52,827 bases of DNA from an uncultured Muribaculaceae bacterium (GCA_964587855.1 CAZPLT010000004.1:1-52827); one strand, 5' to 3'. Positions 34,308-43,462 are shown, counted from the stretch's first letter. The notes: generated by a model not told the origin, from the sequence alone. Translations and numbers: made by a program.

Positions 34308-34604
34308 ATTTTACCCTTTTTGTAAAAAACTTTATGCAATAATAACATTTTTTATACGAAAGTCAACATAAAATCGAATCAATAAATAATAATTATAAAA
34401 TGATAATTTTTATAAATTTTTTACGTGTTTTGCTGCTTTTAAGAACAAATATATTTTTTTGTACAAATACTTTTTTACTTTATTATTTTTTGTATAAAAA
34501 AATAAGCGAATCGTTTTAAAAAAAACCTTGAAAACATACTGTTTCATAAAATCAAGCATCAAATACATAAATTTTTAAAAAAAATTATCATTTTAGGGGC
34601 CAAA

Positions 34605-34620
34605 ATACTATATATTGTGT
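34605..34620 (+). promoter_or_regulatory. NrdR box (operator of ribonucleotide reductase genes)
   Basis: ATACTATATATTGTGT matches 15 of 16 positions of the published NrdR-box consensus acaCwAtATaTwGtgt. It lies about 110 nt upstream of the nrdJ ATG. Confidence 0.6.
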
Positions 34621-34728
34621 TATAAAGATAAAAATAACCACTACCTGTTGATTTTTTGTGATTCGGAGAGGGACGCAAAATCGGCAGAAAAAGCGAAAAA
34701 TCGCGAAATTTATAAAGGGCGTCCACAA

Positions 34729-36600
34729 ATGAACGAATCACTAAGGCTTTTATCCGATTTAGTATATTATATGAAATACAGCCGGTATATTCCGGAATTA
34801 AAACGTCGTGAAACTTGGCCTGAAACGGTTCAACGTAATAAAGAAATGCATTTGGCTAAATATGCTAATATTCCAGAAATTCACCCATTTATTGAAAAAG
34901 CTTATGAATTTGTAATGGATAAAAAAATTTTGCCATCTGGTCGTTCTTTGCAATTTGGTGGCCAGGGTATTTTGGATAAAAACAACAAGATTTATAATTG
35001 TTCGGCATTGGGGATTGATTCTGTTCGTGCTTTTTCGGATTTAATGTATTTATTACTTTGTGGTTGTGGCGTCGGAATTTCTGTACGCCATATTTTTATA
35101 GATAGATTGCCATTGTTGGCCAAAAAATCGGGAAAAACTGTGAAATTCAAACCAGATGATTCTATTGAAGGTTGGGCAGATTGCTTGAAAACATTATTAC
35201 ATGCAGCATTTGAAACAGGGGATGATGTGGAATTTGATTTTTCAAACATCAGACCAAAGGGCGCTTTGATAAAATCTTCGCTTTGTAGCGCACCTGGTCC
35301 AGAACCTTTGGGGGAAATGTTAGACAAGGTTAAAGAATTTTTGGATAAAAAAATTACAGAGCAAGATTATAAAATGTCATCACTGGATTGCTTTGATTTG
35401 TGTTGCTTGGCGGCAGATGCGGTTTTGTCTGGCGGAATTCGTCGTAGCGCGCTGATTACTTTGTTTGATAAAGATGATGAATTGATGTTGCACGCGAAAG
35501 AGGGCGAATGGTGGAAAACTGCCCCTTGGCGTGGGAACTCTAATAACTCGGTTCAGTTTGATCGTGGCAACACAACCAAAGAAGAATTTGATAAGATATT
35601 TAAACAATGCAAAGATTCTGAATGTGGGGAACCAGGATTTGTTTGGACTGATAATCCAGAATGGTGTGTAAATCCATGTTGTGAAATTTCATTCCCCAGC
35701 CGTGGTTTTTGTAACTTGTCTTCTATAAATCTGGGCAGTGTTGAATCCCAGGAAGATTTTAATGAACGTGCTTATTGGTGCTCGGTTATTGGAACACTTC
35801 AGGCGGGATATACAGACTTGAAATATGTTGAACCAAAATGGAAAGAAAACGCCGAGGATATGTCTTTGATTGGTGTTTCTATTACCGGAATTGCATCTCA
35901 TCCTGATATTACACAGCTCAGTTTTGAAGAAGCTGTATCACACGTCAAGAAAGCTAACGAAGAAGTCGCAAAAATACTGGGGATCAAGCCAGCTGACAGA
36001 TTGACCAATGTAAAACCAGATGGTACTGGTGCGCCGATTTTGGGTACCAGCAGTGGAATTCACAGTTGGCATGCTAAACATTACTATCGTCGTATTCGCG
36101 TAAATAAAGTTGAACCAATTTACGAATATATGTTAAAGAATTTCCCTGATTTGATTGAAGATGATAAACGTAAATCAACAGATGGGGTTATATCGCTTGT
36201 AATCCGCGCACCCGAGGGCGCAGTTACACGCAGAAACGAAACAGCTATAGAATTTTTGGAACGTGTAAAATATATATTTGAACATTGGGTAAAGCCTGGG
36301 CACATCCGTGGTGATAACTATAACAATGTATCTTGCACTTGTAATGTAAAGAATCATGAATGGGACGAGGTTCGCGAATGGATGTGGGAAAATCGCGACA
36401 ATTACACTGGAATATCTTTGTTGCCTTATTCTGACGCCAGTTATGATCAGGCCCCATTTGAAGACACTAACGAAGATGTTTACAAAGAATTCGCAGCTCA
36501 AGATTACAAATTTGAATTTGATAAAATTAAAGAAGAAAAAAATTGGGTAAACTTTGGTGCGGCCATGGCATGTACTGGTGGCGGATGCGAGGTAATATAA
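34729..36600 (+). CDS. nrdJ: adenosylcobalamin-dependent ribonucleotide reductase, class II, monomeric (RTPR-like)
   Basis: The N-terminus YYMKYSRYIPELKRRETWPETVQR resembles the L. leichmannii RTPR start (YKRTYARWLPEKGRSENWDETVKR, from memory). Active-site NPCCEI...FCNLSSINL. C-terminal redox Cys pair CTGGGCEVI. Confidence 0.85.
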   Translation: MNESLRLLSDLVYYMKYSRYIPELKRRETWPETVQRNKEMHLAKYANIPEIHPFIEKAYEFVMDKKILPSGRSLQFGGQGILDKNNKIYNCSALGIDSVRAFSDLMYLLLCGCGVGISVRHIFIDRLPLLAKKSGKTVKFKPDDSIEGWADCLKTLLHAAFETGDDVEFDFSNIRPKGALIKSSLCSAPGPEPLGEMLDKVKEFLDKKITEQDYKMSSLDCFDLCCLAADAVLSGGIRRSALITLFDKDDELMLHAKEGEWWKTAPWRGNSNNSVQFDRGNTTKEEFDKIFKQCKDSECGEPGFVWTDNPEWCVNPCCEISFPSRGFCNLSSINLGSVESQEDFNERAYWCSVIGTLQAGYTDLKYVEPKWKENAEDMSLIGVSITGIASHPDITQLSFEEAVSHVKKANEEVAKILGIKPADRLTNVKPDGTGAPILGTSSGIHSWHAKHYYRRIRVNKVEPIYEYMLKNFPDLIEDDKRKSTDGVISLVIRAPEGAVTRRNETAIEFLERVKYIFEHWVKPGHIRGDNYNNVSCTCNVKNHEWDEVREWMWENRDNYTGISLLPYSDASYDQAPFEDTNEDVYKEFAAQDYKFEFDKIKEEKNWVNFGAAMACTGGGCEVI

Positions 36601-36601
36601 T

Positions 36602-37057
36602 ATGAAACTGAAAGTTGTATTTGAAAGTGAAAAAATTCGTGATGCGTATATGCTGGGCGAAAAAAAATTCGTCTGGTCTGATGGTAATTCTGGAATAGAT
36701 TTACGCAGCGCCGAAGATACTTTTGAATTACAACCCGGGGAAAGAAAAATAGTTAGTTCTGGTATCAGAACCCAGTTGAATGAAAATAATGATTTGTGGG
36801 AAATTCAATTACGCCCCAGATCCGGAATGAATGCCAAGGGTATTTATGTAGCATTTGGAACGATTGATTATTCTTATACTGGTGTTATGGGCGTTGTTAT
36901 GACAAATCAAACGGCTGCGCCATTCAAAGTCGAATTTGGGGATAGAATTGCGCAAATAGTTGTTTGCCCAATATCAAAACCAGAAATAGAAATTGTAGAA
37001 AAACTAAATGAAACAGATAGAAACACAGGTGGATTTGGATCGACAGGTATAAAATAA
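36602..37057 (+). CDS. dut: dUTP diphosphatase (trimeric dUTPase)
   Basis: Motifs GIDLRS, RPRSG, GTIDYSYTG, RIAQ and C-terminal GGFGSTG. Confidence 0.9.
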   Translation: MKLKVVFESEKIRDAYMLGEKKFVWSDGNSGIDLRSAEDTFELQPGERKIVSSGIRTQLNENNDLWEIQLRPRSGMNAKGIYVAFGTIDYSYTGVMGVVMTNQTAAPFKVEFGDRIAQIVVCPISKPEIEIVEKLNETDRNTGGFGSTGIK

Positions 37058-37086
37058 CAAAAATACATAGGGAAGGGGATTGTATC

Positions 37087-37629
37087 ATGGCACAGATTAT
37101 GACCAAAAAAGGCGATTACGGAATGACTCAGCTGAATCCAGACAGGATTGCCAGTAAAACTCATCCTGTAATTGAAATAATGGGCGCAATTGACGAAGTG
37201 TCATGTGCACTGGGTTTGTCTGGTGATAAATTTGATGGAATTCAAACTTTTTTATCTGAAATAATGGGATATTTGTATTACAAAACATTGGACGAAAGAA
37301 GAATCGCACAGCAAATCTGGCAATTAGAAGATTATATTACAACACACAATAATTCTATACCTAATTTCTTTGTTAATTCACGTGGATATGTTGGTTTGGC
37401 ACGTGCAATATGCCGCCGCGCAGAAAGACGCGTTGTTGAATTTATGGAAGCAGAACGCAATGCGGATCTGGATGAAAGATACGGAATGAATTTGCAACCA
37501 GTGCAACAGTATTTAAACAGACTCAGCGATTATCTGTTTGTAAAGGGCTTTGAACGTGTTGTTACCGAACCTACATTATTCCCAGACGAATTGGCGGTAG
37601 AACCTCAACCAATCGCAGCGGTTGCATAA
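37087..37629 (+). CDS. ATP:cob(I)alamin adenosyltransferase, PduO type
   Basis: TKKGDYGMTQL...ASKTHPVIEIMGAIDEVSCALG and LNRLSDYLFV are typical of the PduO/MMAB family. Confidence 0.8.
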   Translation: MAQIMTKKGDYGMTQLNPDRIASKTHPVIEIMGAIDEVSCALGLSGDKFDGIQTFLSEIMGYLYYKTLDERRIAQQIWQLEDYITTHNNSIPNFFVNSRGYVGLARAICRRAERRVVEFMEAERNADLDERYGMNLQPVQQYLNRLSDYLFVKGFERVVTEPTLFPDELAVEPQPIAAVA

Positions 37630-37648
37630 ATAAAATAAGAAAAAACAA

Positions 37649-37672
37649 ACCCACAATCGTGGGTGTTTTTTT
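37649..37672. terminator. bidirectional terminator
   Basis: ACCCAC-AATC-GTGGGT followed by GTTTTTTT. Sits between convergent genes. Confidence 0.65.
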
Positions 37673-37677
37673 ATTTA

Positions 37678-37794
37678 TTATTTCGTTGGGTAATCGCGTG
37701 GGAATTCATTCCCGTTTGGATGTCGCAGTTCTGATTTAACGCCACATGCCGCCAATGTCATAATTAACATTAAAAATAAAATCGTTTTTTTCAT
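37678..37794 (-). CDS. 38-aa lipoprotein, LptM/YifL-like (tentative)
   Basis: Not in the track (<60 aa): MKKTILFLMLIMTLAA|CGVKSELRHPNGNEFPRDYPTK. It has a lipobox followed by CG-x-K, as in small LptM-type lipoproteins. Confidence 0.45.
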   Translation of the reverse strand: MKKTILFLMLIMTLAACGVKSELRHPNGNEFPRDYPTK

Positions 37795-37841
37795 ACCTAG
37801 ATTATGCATTAAAAAATTACAAAAATAAACAAAAATCTCTC

Positions 37842-37870
37842 TTGCACGAGAATTTTAATTGAGTTATCAT
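37842..37870 (+). promoter_or_regulatory. sigma70-like promoter (TTGCAC-17-TATCAT)
   Basis: Hexamers read directly, about 40 nt upstream of ATG 37910. Confidence 0.4.
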
Positions 37871-37909
37871 TTGCATACTAAATAACTTATCAAAGTAAAG
37901 GAATATAAA

Positions 37910-38419
37910 ATGAAGTTTAGCAAAATTATTTTGGGATTGGGATTATTAATCTTTACCCATGGCGCATTTGCAGCACAAAAAATAGAAATTTATTATTCCC
38001 CATCTTGCCCACATTGTCATCATGCATTGGGCTTTATTGATCAAACATTAAGACCTGAATATAAAAATCTAGAAGTTGTAAAAGTTAACGTAATGGAACA
38101 ACAAAATCGTCCAAATTTTATAGAGGTTCTTAAAAAATGTAAATTTCAATCTGGTGGTGTTCCAGTCTTGGTCGTAAATGGAAAATGTTTCCAGGGTTAT
38201 GCAGAGTTTATGAATACAGACATTATGGCTGCATTGGGACCAGCAGACGCAAAAGCATCGGAAGAGCAAATCGCAACAGATAAAAAAGCAGAACCAGCTG
38301 AATTGCCTGAAGAACCAATTGTAAAACCAGATAATGGAAACTCTGTAATGTTGTATGTTTTATTTGGATTACTGATTGCAGCATTATTTGCGGTTATGTT
38401 TGTAAAAAAGAAAAAATAA
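37910..38419 (+). CDS. exported thioredoxin/glutaredoxin-fold thiol-disulfide oxidoreductase (CPHC), C-terminally membrane-anchored
   Basis: Signal peptide. CPHC active site, the same tetrad as DsbA. GGVPVLVVNG cis-Pro-type loop. C-terminal TM VMLYVLFGLLIAALFAVMFV. Confidence 0.75.
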   Translation: MKFSKIILGLGLLIFTHGAFAAQKIEIYYSPSCPHCHHALGFIDQTLRPEYKNLEVVKVNVMEQQNRPNFIEVLKKCKFQSGGVPVLVVNGKCFQGYAEFMNTDIMAALGPADAKASEEQIATDKKAEPAELPEEPIVKPDNGNSVMLYVLFGLLIAALFAVMFVKKKK

Positions 38420-38428
38420 TAAATAAAA

Positions 38429-39178
38429 ATGTTTGATCTAACGCATCTTGATTATGTTTATATGGGCTTTTTGTTGGTATCAACAATTTGGGCATCTATT
38501 CGTGGTGGTGTATATGAAACGGTTGCTACAATTTCTTGGATTGTGGCGGCGTTGGCAGCGCGATTTATTTCCCCATGGTTAGATGGCGTATTACAGGGCT
38601 GGTTTAAGCTGACCGAATCAACAATCGGCACATTGGTTACTTCGTATTTCGTTGTGTTTTTTGTAATTTTGGTTATTTTTGGATTATTTAATCAAAAGCT
38701 TCGGGATCGTGTTCAAGACAGTATGTTAAAAGTTACAGATCACACCTTTGGTATTGTATTTGGAATTATCCGTGGTATTGCAGTTATGGGGTTGGTTTAC
38801 TGGGGATTGCTTTGGTATTATTCAGATACAGATTTACCGTCTTATATTACAACTGCGCGCACCAGACCAGTTATGCAATTAACTGCAAAAAAAATACACG
38901 ATTGGTTTATCCCCGGCGAAAATAAATTGATTGAACGTGATATGCTGACCGAGGCTGAAACCCAAAAACTGTATGACAATTTAATAAATCCAGCTGTTAA
39001 AACAAAAAAAGAATCATCAGAAAAGGTTTCTGTTAAAACAAAAGAAACCATTGAAAGAAAAGAGGAACCAGTAGCATCAGAAGAAATTGTTTTAGATAAA
39101 CCGGTCGAGGTTGGATACAAAGAATCCGAACGTCAGGCATTAGATAGTCAATTAATACAAATAGAATCAAAAGAATAA
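38429..39178 (+). CDS. cvpA: CvpA-family membrane protein
   Basis: N-terminal CvpA pattern (LDYVYMGFLLVSTIWASIRGGVYE) and four predicted TMs. The charged C-terminal extension is unusual. Confidence 0.75.
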   Translation: MFDLTHLDYVYMGFLLVSTIWASIRGGVYETVATISWIVAALAARFISPWLDGVLQGWFKLTESTIGTLVTSYFVVFFVILVIFGLFNQKLRDRVQDSMLKVTDHTFGIVFGIIRGIAVMGLVYWGLLWYYSDTDLPSYITTARTRPVMQLTAKKIHDWFIPGENKLIERDMLTEAETQKLYDNLINPAVKTKKESSEKVSVKTKETIERKEEPVASEEIVLDKPVEVGYKESERQALDSQLIQIESKE

Positions 39179-39180
39179 AA

Positions 39181-39204
39181 AATGTCGCGAACGCGACATT
39201 TTTA
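39181..39204 (+). terminator. rho-independent terminator
   Basis: AATGTCGCG-AA-CGCGACATT followed by TTTATTT. Confidence 0.7.
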
Positions 39205-39211
39205 TTTAAGG

Positions 39212-39288
39212 TGGGGCGAATGACGGGGCTCGAACCCGCGACAACCGGTACCACAAACCGGCGCTCTACCAACTGAGCTACATCCGCC
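39212..39288 (-). tRNA. trnH: tRNA-His (anticodon GUG) with encoded G-1, C73 and CCA
   Basis: Folded by hand. G-1 + GCGGATG / CATTCGC + C73 + CCA, anticodon loop UUGUGGU, T-arm GCGGGTTCGAGCCCCGT. Confidence 0.9.
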
Positions 39289-39296
39289 ATAAACTT

Positions 39297-39372
39297 TGGT
39301 GGAGCTGATCGGACTCGAACCGACGACCCCTTGCATGCCATGCAAGTGCTCTACCAACTGAGCTACAACCCC
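39297..39372 (-). tRNA. trnA: tRNA-Ala (anticodon GGC), CCA encoded
   Basis: Folded by hand. Acceptor GGGGTTG/CAGCTCC with the G3:U70 alanine identity pair. Anticodon loop AUGGCAU. Confidence 0.88.
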
Positions 39373-39453
39373 TTGGGCTTGGGCATTTTACTTTTCTTAT
39401 TGCAAAAAGTCAAACAAATTTGCTAGGCTTTATGTATAAAAAGGAGTCCTTAT

Positions 39454-40014
39454 ATGGATTATGCTAATCTTAAATCCGAAGCAGAACAAAAAACCGTACA
39501 AACAATAGAAGTATTAAAATCAGAATTCGCTGGTTTGCGTACTGGGCGTGCTTCTGTTCATTTGTTGGATGGTATTCGTGTTCCTGTTTATGGTACAGAA
39601 ATGCCAATAGACCAGGTTGCAACCGTTTCTGCACCTGAATCCCAGGTATTATCCATTTCCGTTTGGGATATGTCCAATGCCGCGGTCGTGGAAAAGGCTA
39701 TACGTGAATCTGGTTTGGGATTAAATCCAATGACTGCCGGTGGTGTTATCCGCTTGAATCTGCCACCACTTACCGAAGAACGCAGAAAAGAATTGGTCAA
39801 GGTTGCTGGCAAATACGCCGAAGAAGCCAAAATTTCTATGCGTAATATTCGCCAAGATATGATGAGTAAAATAAAACGTGCCAAAGACGATAAAGAAATT
39901 TCCGAGGATGATCAGCACAGATACGAAGATGATTTACAGAAAATTTTTGATGCACGTGCATCTGATGTAGATGTCCTGGCCAAACAAAAAGAACACGATA
40001 TTATGAGCGTGTAA
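39454..40014 (+). CDS. frr: ribosome recycling factor
   Basis: Typical RRF sequence (LRTGRASVHLLDGIRV..., NLPPLTEERRKELVK). RBS AAGGAG. Confidence 0.95.
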   Translation: MDYANLKSEAEQKTVQTIEVLKSEFAGLRTGRASVHLLDGIRVPVYGTEMPIDQVATVSAPESQVLSISVWDMSNAAVVEKAIRESGLGLNPMTAGGVIRLNLPPLTEERRKELVKVAGKYAEEAKISMRNIRQDMMSKIKRAKDDKEISEDDQHRYEDDLQKIFDARASDVDVLAKQKEHDIMSV

Positions 40015-40021
40015 AAATAAA

Positions 40022-40043
40022 AACCGCCATTCGGCGGTTTTTT
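40022..40043. terminator. bidirectional terminator between frr and ispA
   Basis: AACCGCC-ATTC-GGCGGTT followed by TTTT. Confidence 0.7.
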
Positions 40044-40926
40044 AACTTTCACGTGTAATCATATAATCCATTAATTCGCGCAGGTTATCGGCGCGCCCGT
40101 CAAAAATATCCAATGCTGATTTTGCATCTGTCGCCAGACGCGTTGCATGTTCGCGCGCTCCATCCAGCCCATAAAGTGAAATATATGTTGCCTTGCCCGC
40201 GGCATCATCTTTGCGCAATGTTTTTCCAACCTTTGATTCATCACCAACAGCGTCCAGAATATCATCTGTGATTTGGAAACAAAGTCCCATTGCATTGGTG
40301 AATTTTTTAAGCGCCGCGCGCGACGCATCGTCTGTATTACCCAGCGTTGCGCCAAACATTGTGCAGGCATTAAAAATACATCCGGTTTTCAATGATTGAA
40401 TTGCATTAACCTCAGGCAGAGTTTGGAATTTTCCATCTTCGGCCTGAACATCCATCCATTCCCCCAACAACATTCCTTCGGTCATCTCAGAAAGTATTTT
40501 TATCAATTTCATTCTGATGGAAATGTCTGTGGATATTTTTTCATCTGTTGCCAATATGAAGTAAGGGCGATTTAATAAATAATCCCCACCCAGCAGTCCG
40601 TCACATTCGCCAAATTTCGCCCATGCAGACGCGCGACCGCGACGCAGCGTATCATTATCAATACATGGCATATCATCATGAATTAATGAAAAATTATGAA
40701 CCATTTCAATACATGCACCGGCACGCAAAGCAGATTGATAATCAACATCAAAAAGCGCGGCAGATTGTGTGCACAAAAAACTGCGAATACGTTTACCCGC
40801 GTCCAGTGCAGAATATCTGGCGACATTTGCAGGTGCACCAGTCCATTCTGATTTTTCCGACGGAATCATTTCATCTAGAACTTTATCAATATCTGATGCA
40901 ATACGCGAAAGTTCGGTTTTAAGCAT
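40042..40926 (-). CDS. ispA: (E)-polyprenyl diphosphate synthase (farnesyl/geranylgeranyl diphosphate synthase)
   Basis: First Asp-rich motif LIHDDMPCIDND and second motif FQITDDILD. Confidence 0.88.
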   Translation of the reverse strand: MLKTELSRIASDIDKVLDEMIPSEKSEWTGAPANVARYSALDAGKRIRSFLCTQSAALFDVDYQSALRAGACIEMVHNFSLIHDDMPCIDNDTLRRGRASAWAKFGECDGLLGGDYLLNRPYFILATDEKISTDISIRMKLIKILSEMTEGMLLGEWMDVQAEDGKFQTLPEVNAIQSLKTGCIFNACTMFGATLGNTDDASRAALKKFTNAMGLCFQITDDILDAVGDESKVGKTLRKDDAAGKATYISLYGLDGAREHATRLATDAKSALDIFDGRADNLRELMDYMITRES

Positions 40927-40947
40927 TTTACTCTCTCTCCACTTTTT

Positions 40948-42006
40948 TTAATTCCATCCAAATACACGCGCAATATCATTCCACATTGTAAATGCGAATA
41001 AAGCGGCAATTAAAATCCAACCAAATAAAATTACAAAGTCCATTCCGCGGCCTTGCAATTTTTTGCGAATGACACCTTCGACACCTAAAATCAACAGATA
41101 CCCACCGTCCAAGACTGGTAATGGTAATATATTGATGATTGCTAAATTAACCGACAGTAATGCGATAATAGAAAGTAGTGCAAAAATACCCGCGCTCATT
41201 GCTTGTCCACTGACTTTTGCAATGGTAATGAAACTGCCCAATTGTTTAGAAGAGCGTTCCCCAGTTATAATTTGTTTTAATACGCGAACCAGAGTTTTAC
41301 TTTGGACCCAAGTTTCACGAGCACCACTGTACATAGCCTGAAAAATATTTTTCTTTTGTAATTCAGTTTTTGTTCCGTCTGCAATCAATCCCCATCTTTC
41401 GCCGGGTGCGATTTTAACCTGAACCAATTTTTCACCACGAATCAAAACCACGTCGGCATTATGCATACCGGTCATTTCTTTAGCCAGAATAATTTCACCC
41501 CAATTAGAAATTTTTCCTTTGTTAATACGAATTATTTTATCACCAGCGTGAACCCCAGCATTAAATGCAGGACTTTTTTGAATAACCTGGCCAATTACTG
41601 GTAATTGAACAATTCTGGGCTTTACCGCAAACATAGTTGTATAAATTCCCCATGCCAAAACAAAGTTCATTATAACACCAGCGGCAACTATGATTGCTTG
41701 TTTCCATGCTGGAACAGATAAATAATGACCACTTTTTTTTGCGCGTGATAATGATGCATATTTTTTCCGATTAAACATATCTTCTTGTCCATATGCCGCG
41801 CAATAACCACCCAGTGGTAATATGGATATTTTCCAAAGAGTTCCATGTTTATCATACCACTTTATCAATGCGGGTCCAAAACCAACTGAAAAAGTATTAA
41901 CCCGGACCCCGGCCCAACGTGCAGCCCAAAAATGTCCCAGCTCGTGAATAAATACCACAACCCCCAAAACAATTAACAAAGCAACAATAGTCATAATAAC
42001 ATGCAT
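40948..42006 (-). CDS. rseP: RIP metalloprotease RseP (site-2 protease) with PDZ domain
   Basis: HELGHFWAAR zinc motif, PDZ-like middle and NILPLPVLDGG motif. Confidence 0.92.
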   Translation of the reverse strand: MHVIMTIVALLIVLGVVVFIHELGHFWAARWAGVRVNTFSVGFGPALIKWYDKHGTLWKISILPLGGYCAAYGQEDMFNRKKYASLSRAKKSGHYLSVPAWKQAIIVAAGVIMNFVLAWGIYTTMFAVKPRIVQLPVIGQVIQKSPAFNAGVHAGDKIIRINKGKISNWGEIILAKEMTGMHNADVVLIRGEKLVQVKIAPGERWGLIADGTKTELQKKNIFQAMYSGARETWVQSKTLVRVLKQIITGERSSKQLGSFITIAKVSGQAMSAGIFALLSIIALLSVNLAIINILPLPVLDGGYLLILGVEGVIRKKLQGRGMDFVILFGWILIAALFAFTMWNDIARVFGWN

Positions 42007-42019
42007 TTTATTTCCTTTT

Positions 42020-42676
42020 TTATATCATAACCAGCCAAACAATCGGCATAACCAAAATCCATCCATCAAAGCGATCAATAACACCGCCATGTCCAGGCAG
42101 CAAGTTTCCAAAATCTTTAATTCCTAATTTGCGTTTTAATGCGCTGGATGAAATGTCACCATATTGTGATAACAATGAAACAGAAATTCCAATCCACATC
42201 AGTTGTGGCATAAATGTATCAGTCCCTAGCAATCCGTACAAAACAGCGGCGATTGTTCCGCAAATAATACCGGCAATTTGTCCAGACCAAGTTTTCCCAG
42301 GGGAAATTTTAGGACACATTTTTTCGCCACCAATTAATCGACCAAAAAACCAGGCCCCTGTATCGGCTGCTGCAATAACCAAAAGCAACAACAACATAAT
42401 CCAAGGTTTTGTCCCAACAAAATATCCGGCCACACCAACCAATATTAACCAAGCCCCAAATGCAACGCGCAATGCGCATAATTTTTTGTTTTTAATTTTC
42501 AGACGCACAGTTTCAAAAACCATTGCGGCTGCAACCAATACGGCCAACCAACGAACAGCTGGGATTTTATAATATTCCGCAATTGCGGCAATTGCAGCGA
42601 TTGCAACCATGGCCGCACTTGTTAAGATTCTTTTTTGTGTTTCTTTCATAATTTTCCCCTGATAATTATTTTCCAA
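42020..42676 (-). CDS. cdsA: phosphatidate cytidylyltransferase
   Basis: C-terminal signature SALKRKLGIKDFGNLLPGHGGVIDRFDG. Short form (about 210-218 aa). Alternative start ATG at 42649. Confidence 0.9.
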   Translation of the reverse strand: MENNYQGKIMKETQKRILTSAAMVAIAAIAAIAEYYKIPAVRWLAVLVAAAMVFETVRLKIKNKKLCALRVAFGAWLILVGVAGYFVGTKPWIMLLLLLVIAAADTGAWFFGRLIGGEKMCPKISPGKTWSGQIAGIICGTIAAVLYGLLGTDTFMPQLMWIGISVSLLSQYGDISSSALKRKLGIKDFGNLLPGHGGVIDRFDGWILVMPIVWLVMI

Positions 42677-43364
42677 ATCTGCGTTTTCTGTTCGAATATT
42701 CGTTCAACATTTTTTCGTAATCTTGAGTTTTTAATGCAGGCCAGAATTTCGGATAAAATATTAATTCTGCATAAGCCAATTTCCATAACATAAAATTAGA
42801 AATACGTTCTTCTTCGCTGGTTCTGACAACTAGATCAATTGGTAATAATTCGCCTGAATCCATAAAAGATTCAAATTCATCCATACTAACTGATTTACCG
42901 TTTTCGATTGCAGCATTTGTTGCACGTAATATTTCGTCCTGTCCACCATAATCCAATGCCATAACAATAGTCCCAGCAGTATTTTCACTGGTTTTATTTT
43001 CTATACCTTCGAACATTTTGATTACTTTTGCTGAAAATCTGTCGCGGCGACCAATAATTTTAACGCGTATATTTTTTTCATGAGCACGGTCCGCATGTTG
43101 TTGAAGTTCGGCGGTCATTAAATCCATCAAATATTTAACTTCGTCAGCTGGCCGTAACCAATTTTCAGTTGAAAAAAGGAAATAACTGACGGTGGATACC
43201 CCATGTTGAATAAAGAATTCAGCGGACTTGTCAACTACTTCTGCACCCAGTTTATATCCAGCAACAGCAGGCATTCCACGATTACGTGCCCAACGACGAT
43301 TTCCATCACATATAAATGCGATATGTTGTGGGATTTTTGTTTCTTTTTTCTTTTTAAATAACAT
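42666..43364 (-). CDS. uppS: undecaprenyl diphosphate synthase
   Basis: HIAFICDGNRRWA and ERISNFMLWKLAYAEL motifs. Confidence 0.95.
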   Translation of the reverse strand: MLFKKKKETKIPQHIAFICDGNRRWARNRGMPAVAGYKLGAEVVDKSAEFFIQHGVSTVSYFLFSTENWLRPADEVKYLMDLMTAELQQHADRAHEKNIRVKIIGRRDRFSAKVIKMFEGIENKTSENTAGTIVMALDYGGQDEILRATNAAIENGKSVSMDEFESFMDSGELLPIDLVVRTSEEERISNFMLWKLAYAELIFYPKFWPALKTQDYEKMLNEYSNRKRRFGK

Positions 43365-43462
43365 TTACTTTCCTTACCCCGGCAATTTTATAATGTAAAT
43401 TGTCAAAAAACAAGCTCTTTTAATCCTTGAAACTGGGACAATAAATTGCTAAGTTTGAAAAC

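Noticed and set aside
34330-34728. A cobalamin riboswitch upstream of the B12-dependent RNR.
   Set aside because: I could not find a B12-box-like core (…AGYCMGgAGaCCkGCc…) or the GC-rich multi-helix junction. The region is extremely AT-rich, with only a short GGACGC/GCGTCC hairpin near the RBS. The NrdR box explains regulation better.
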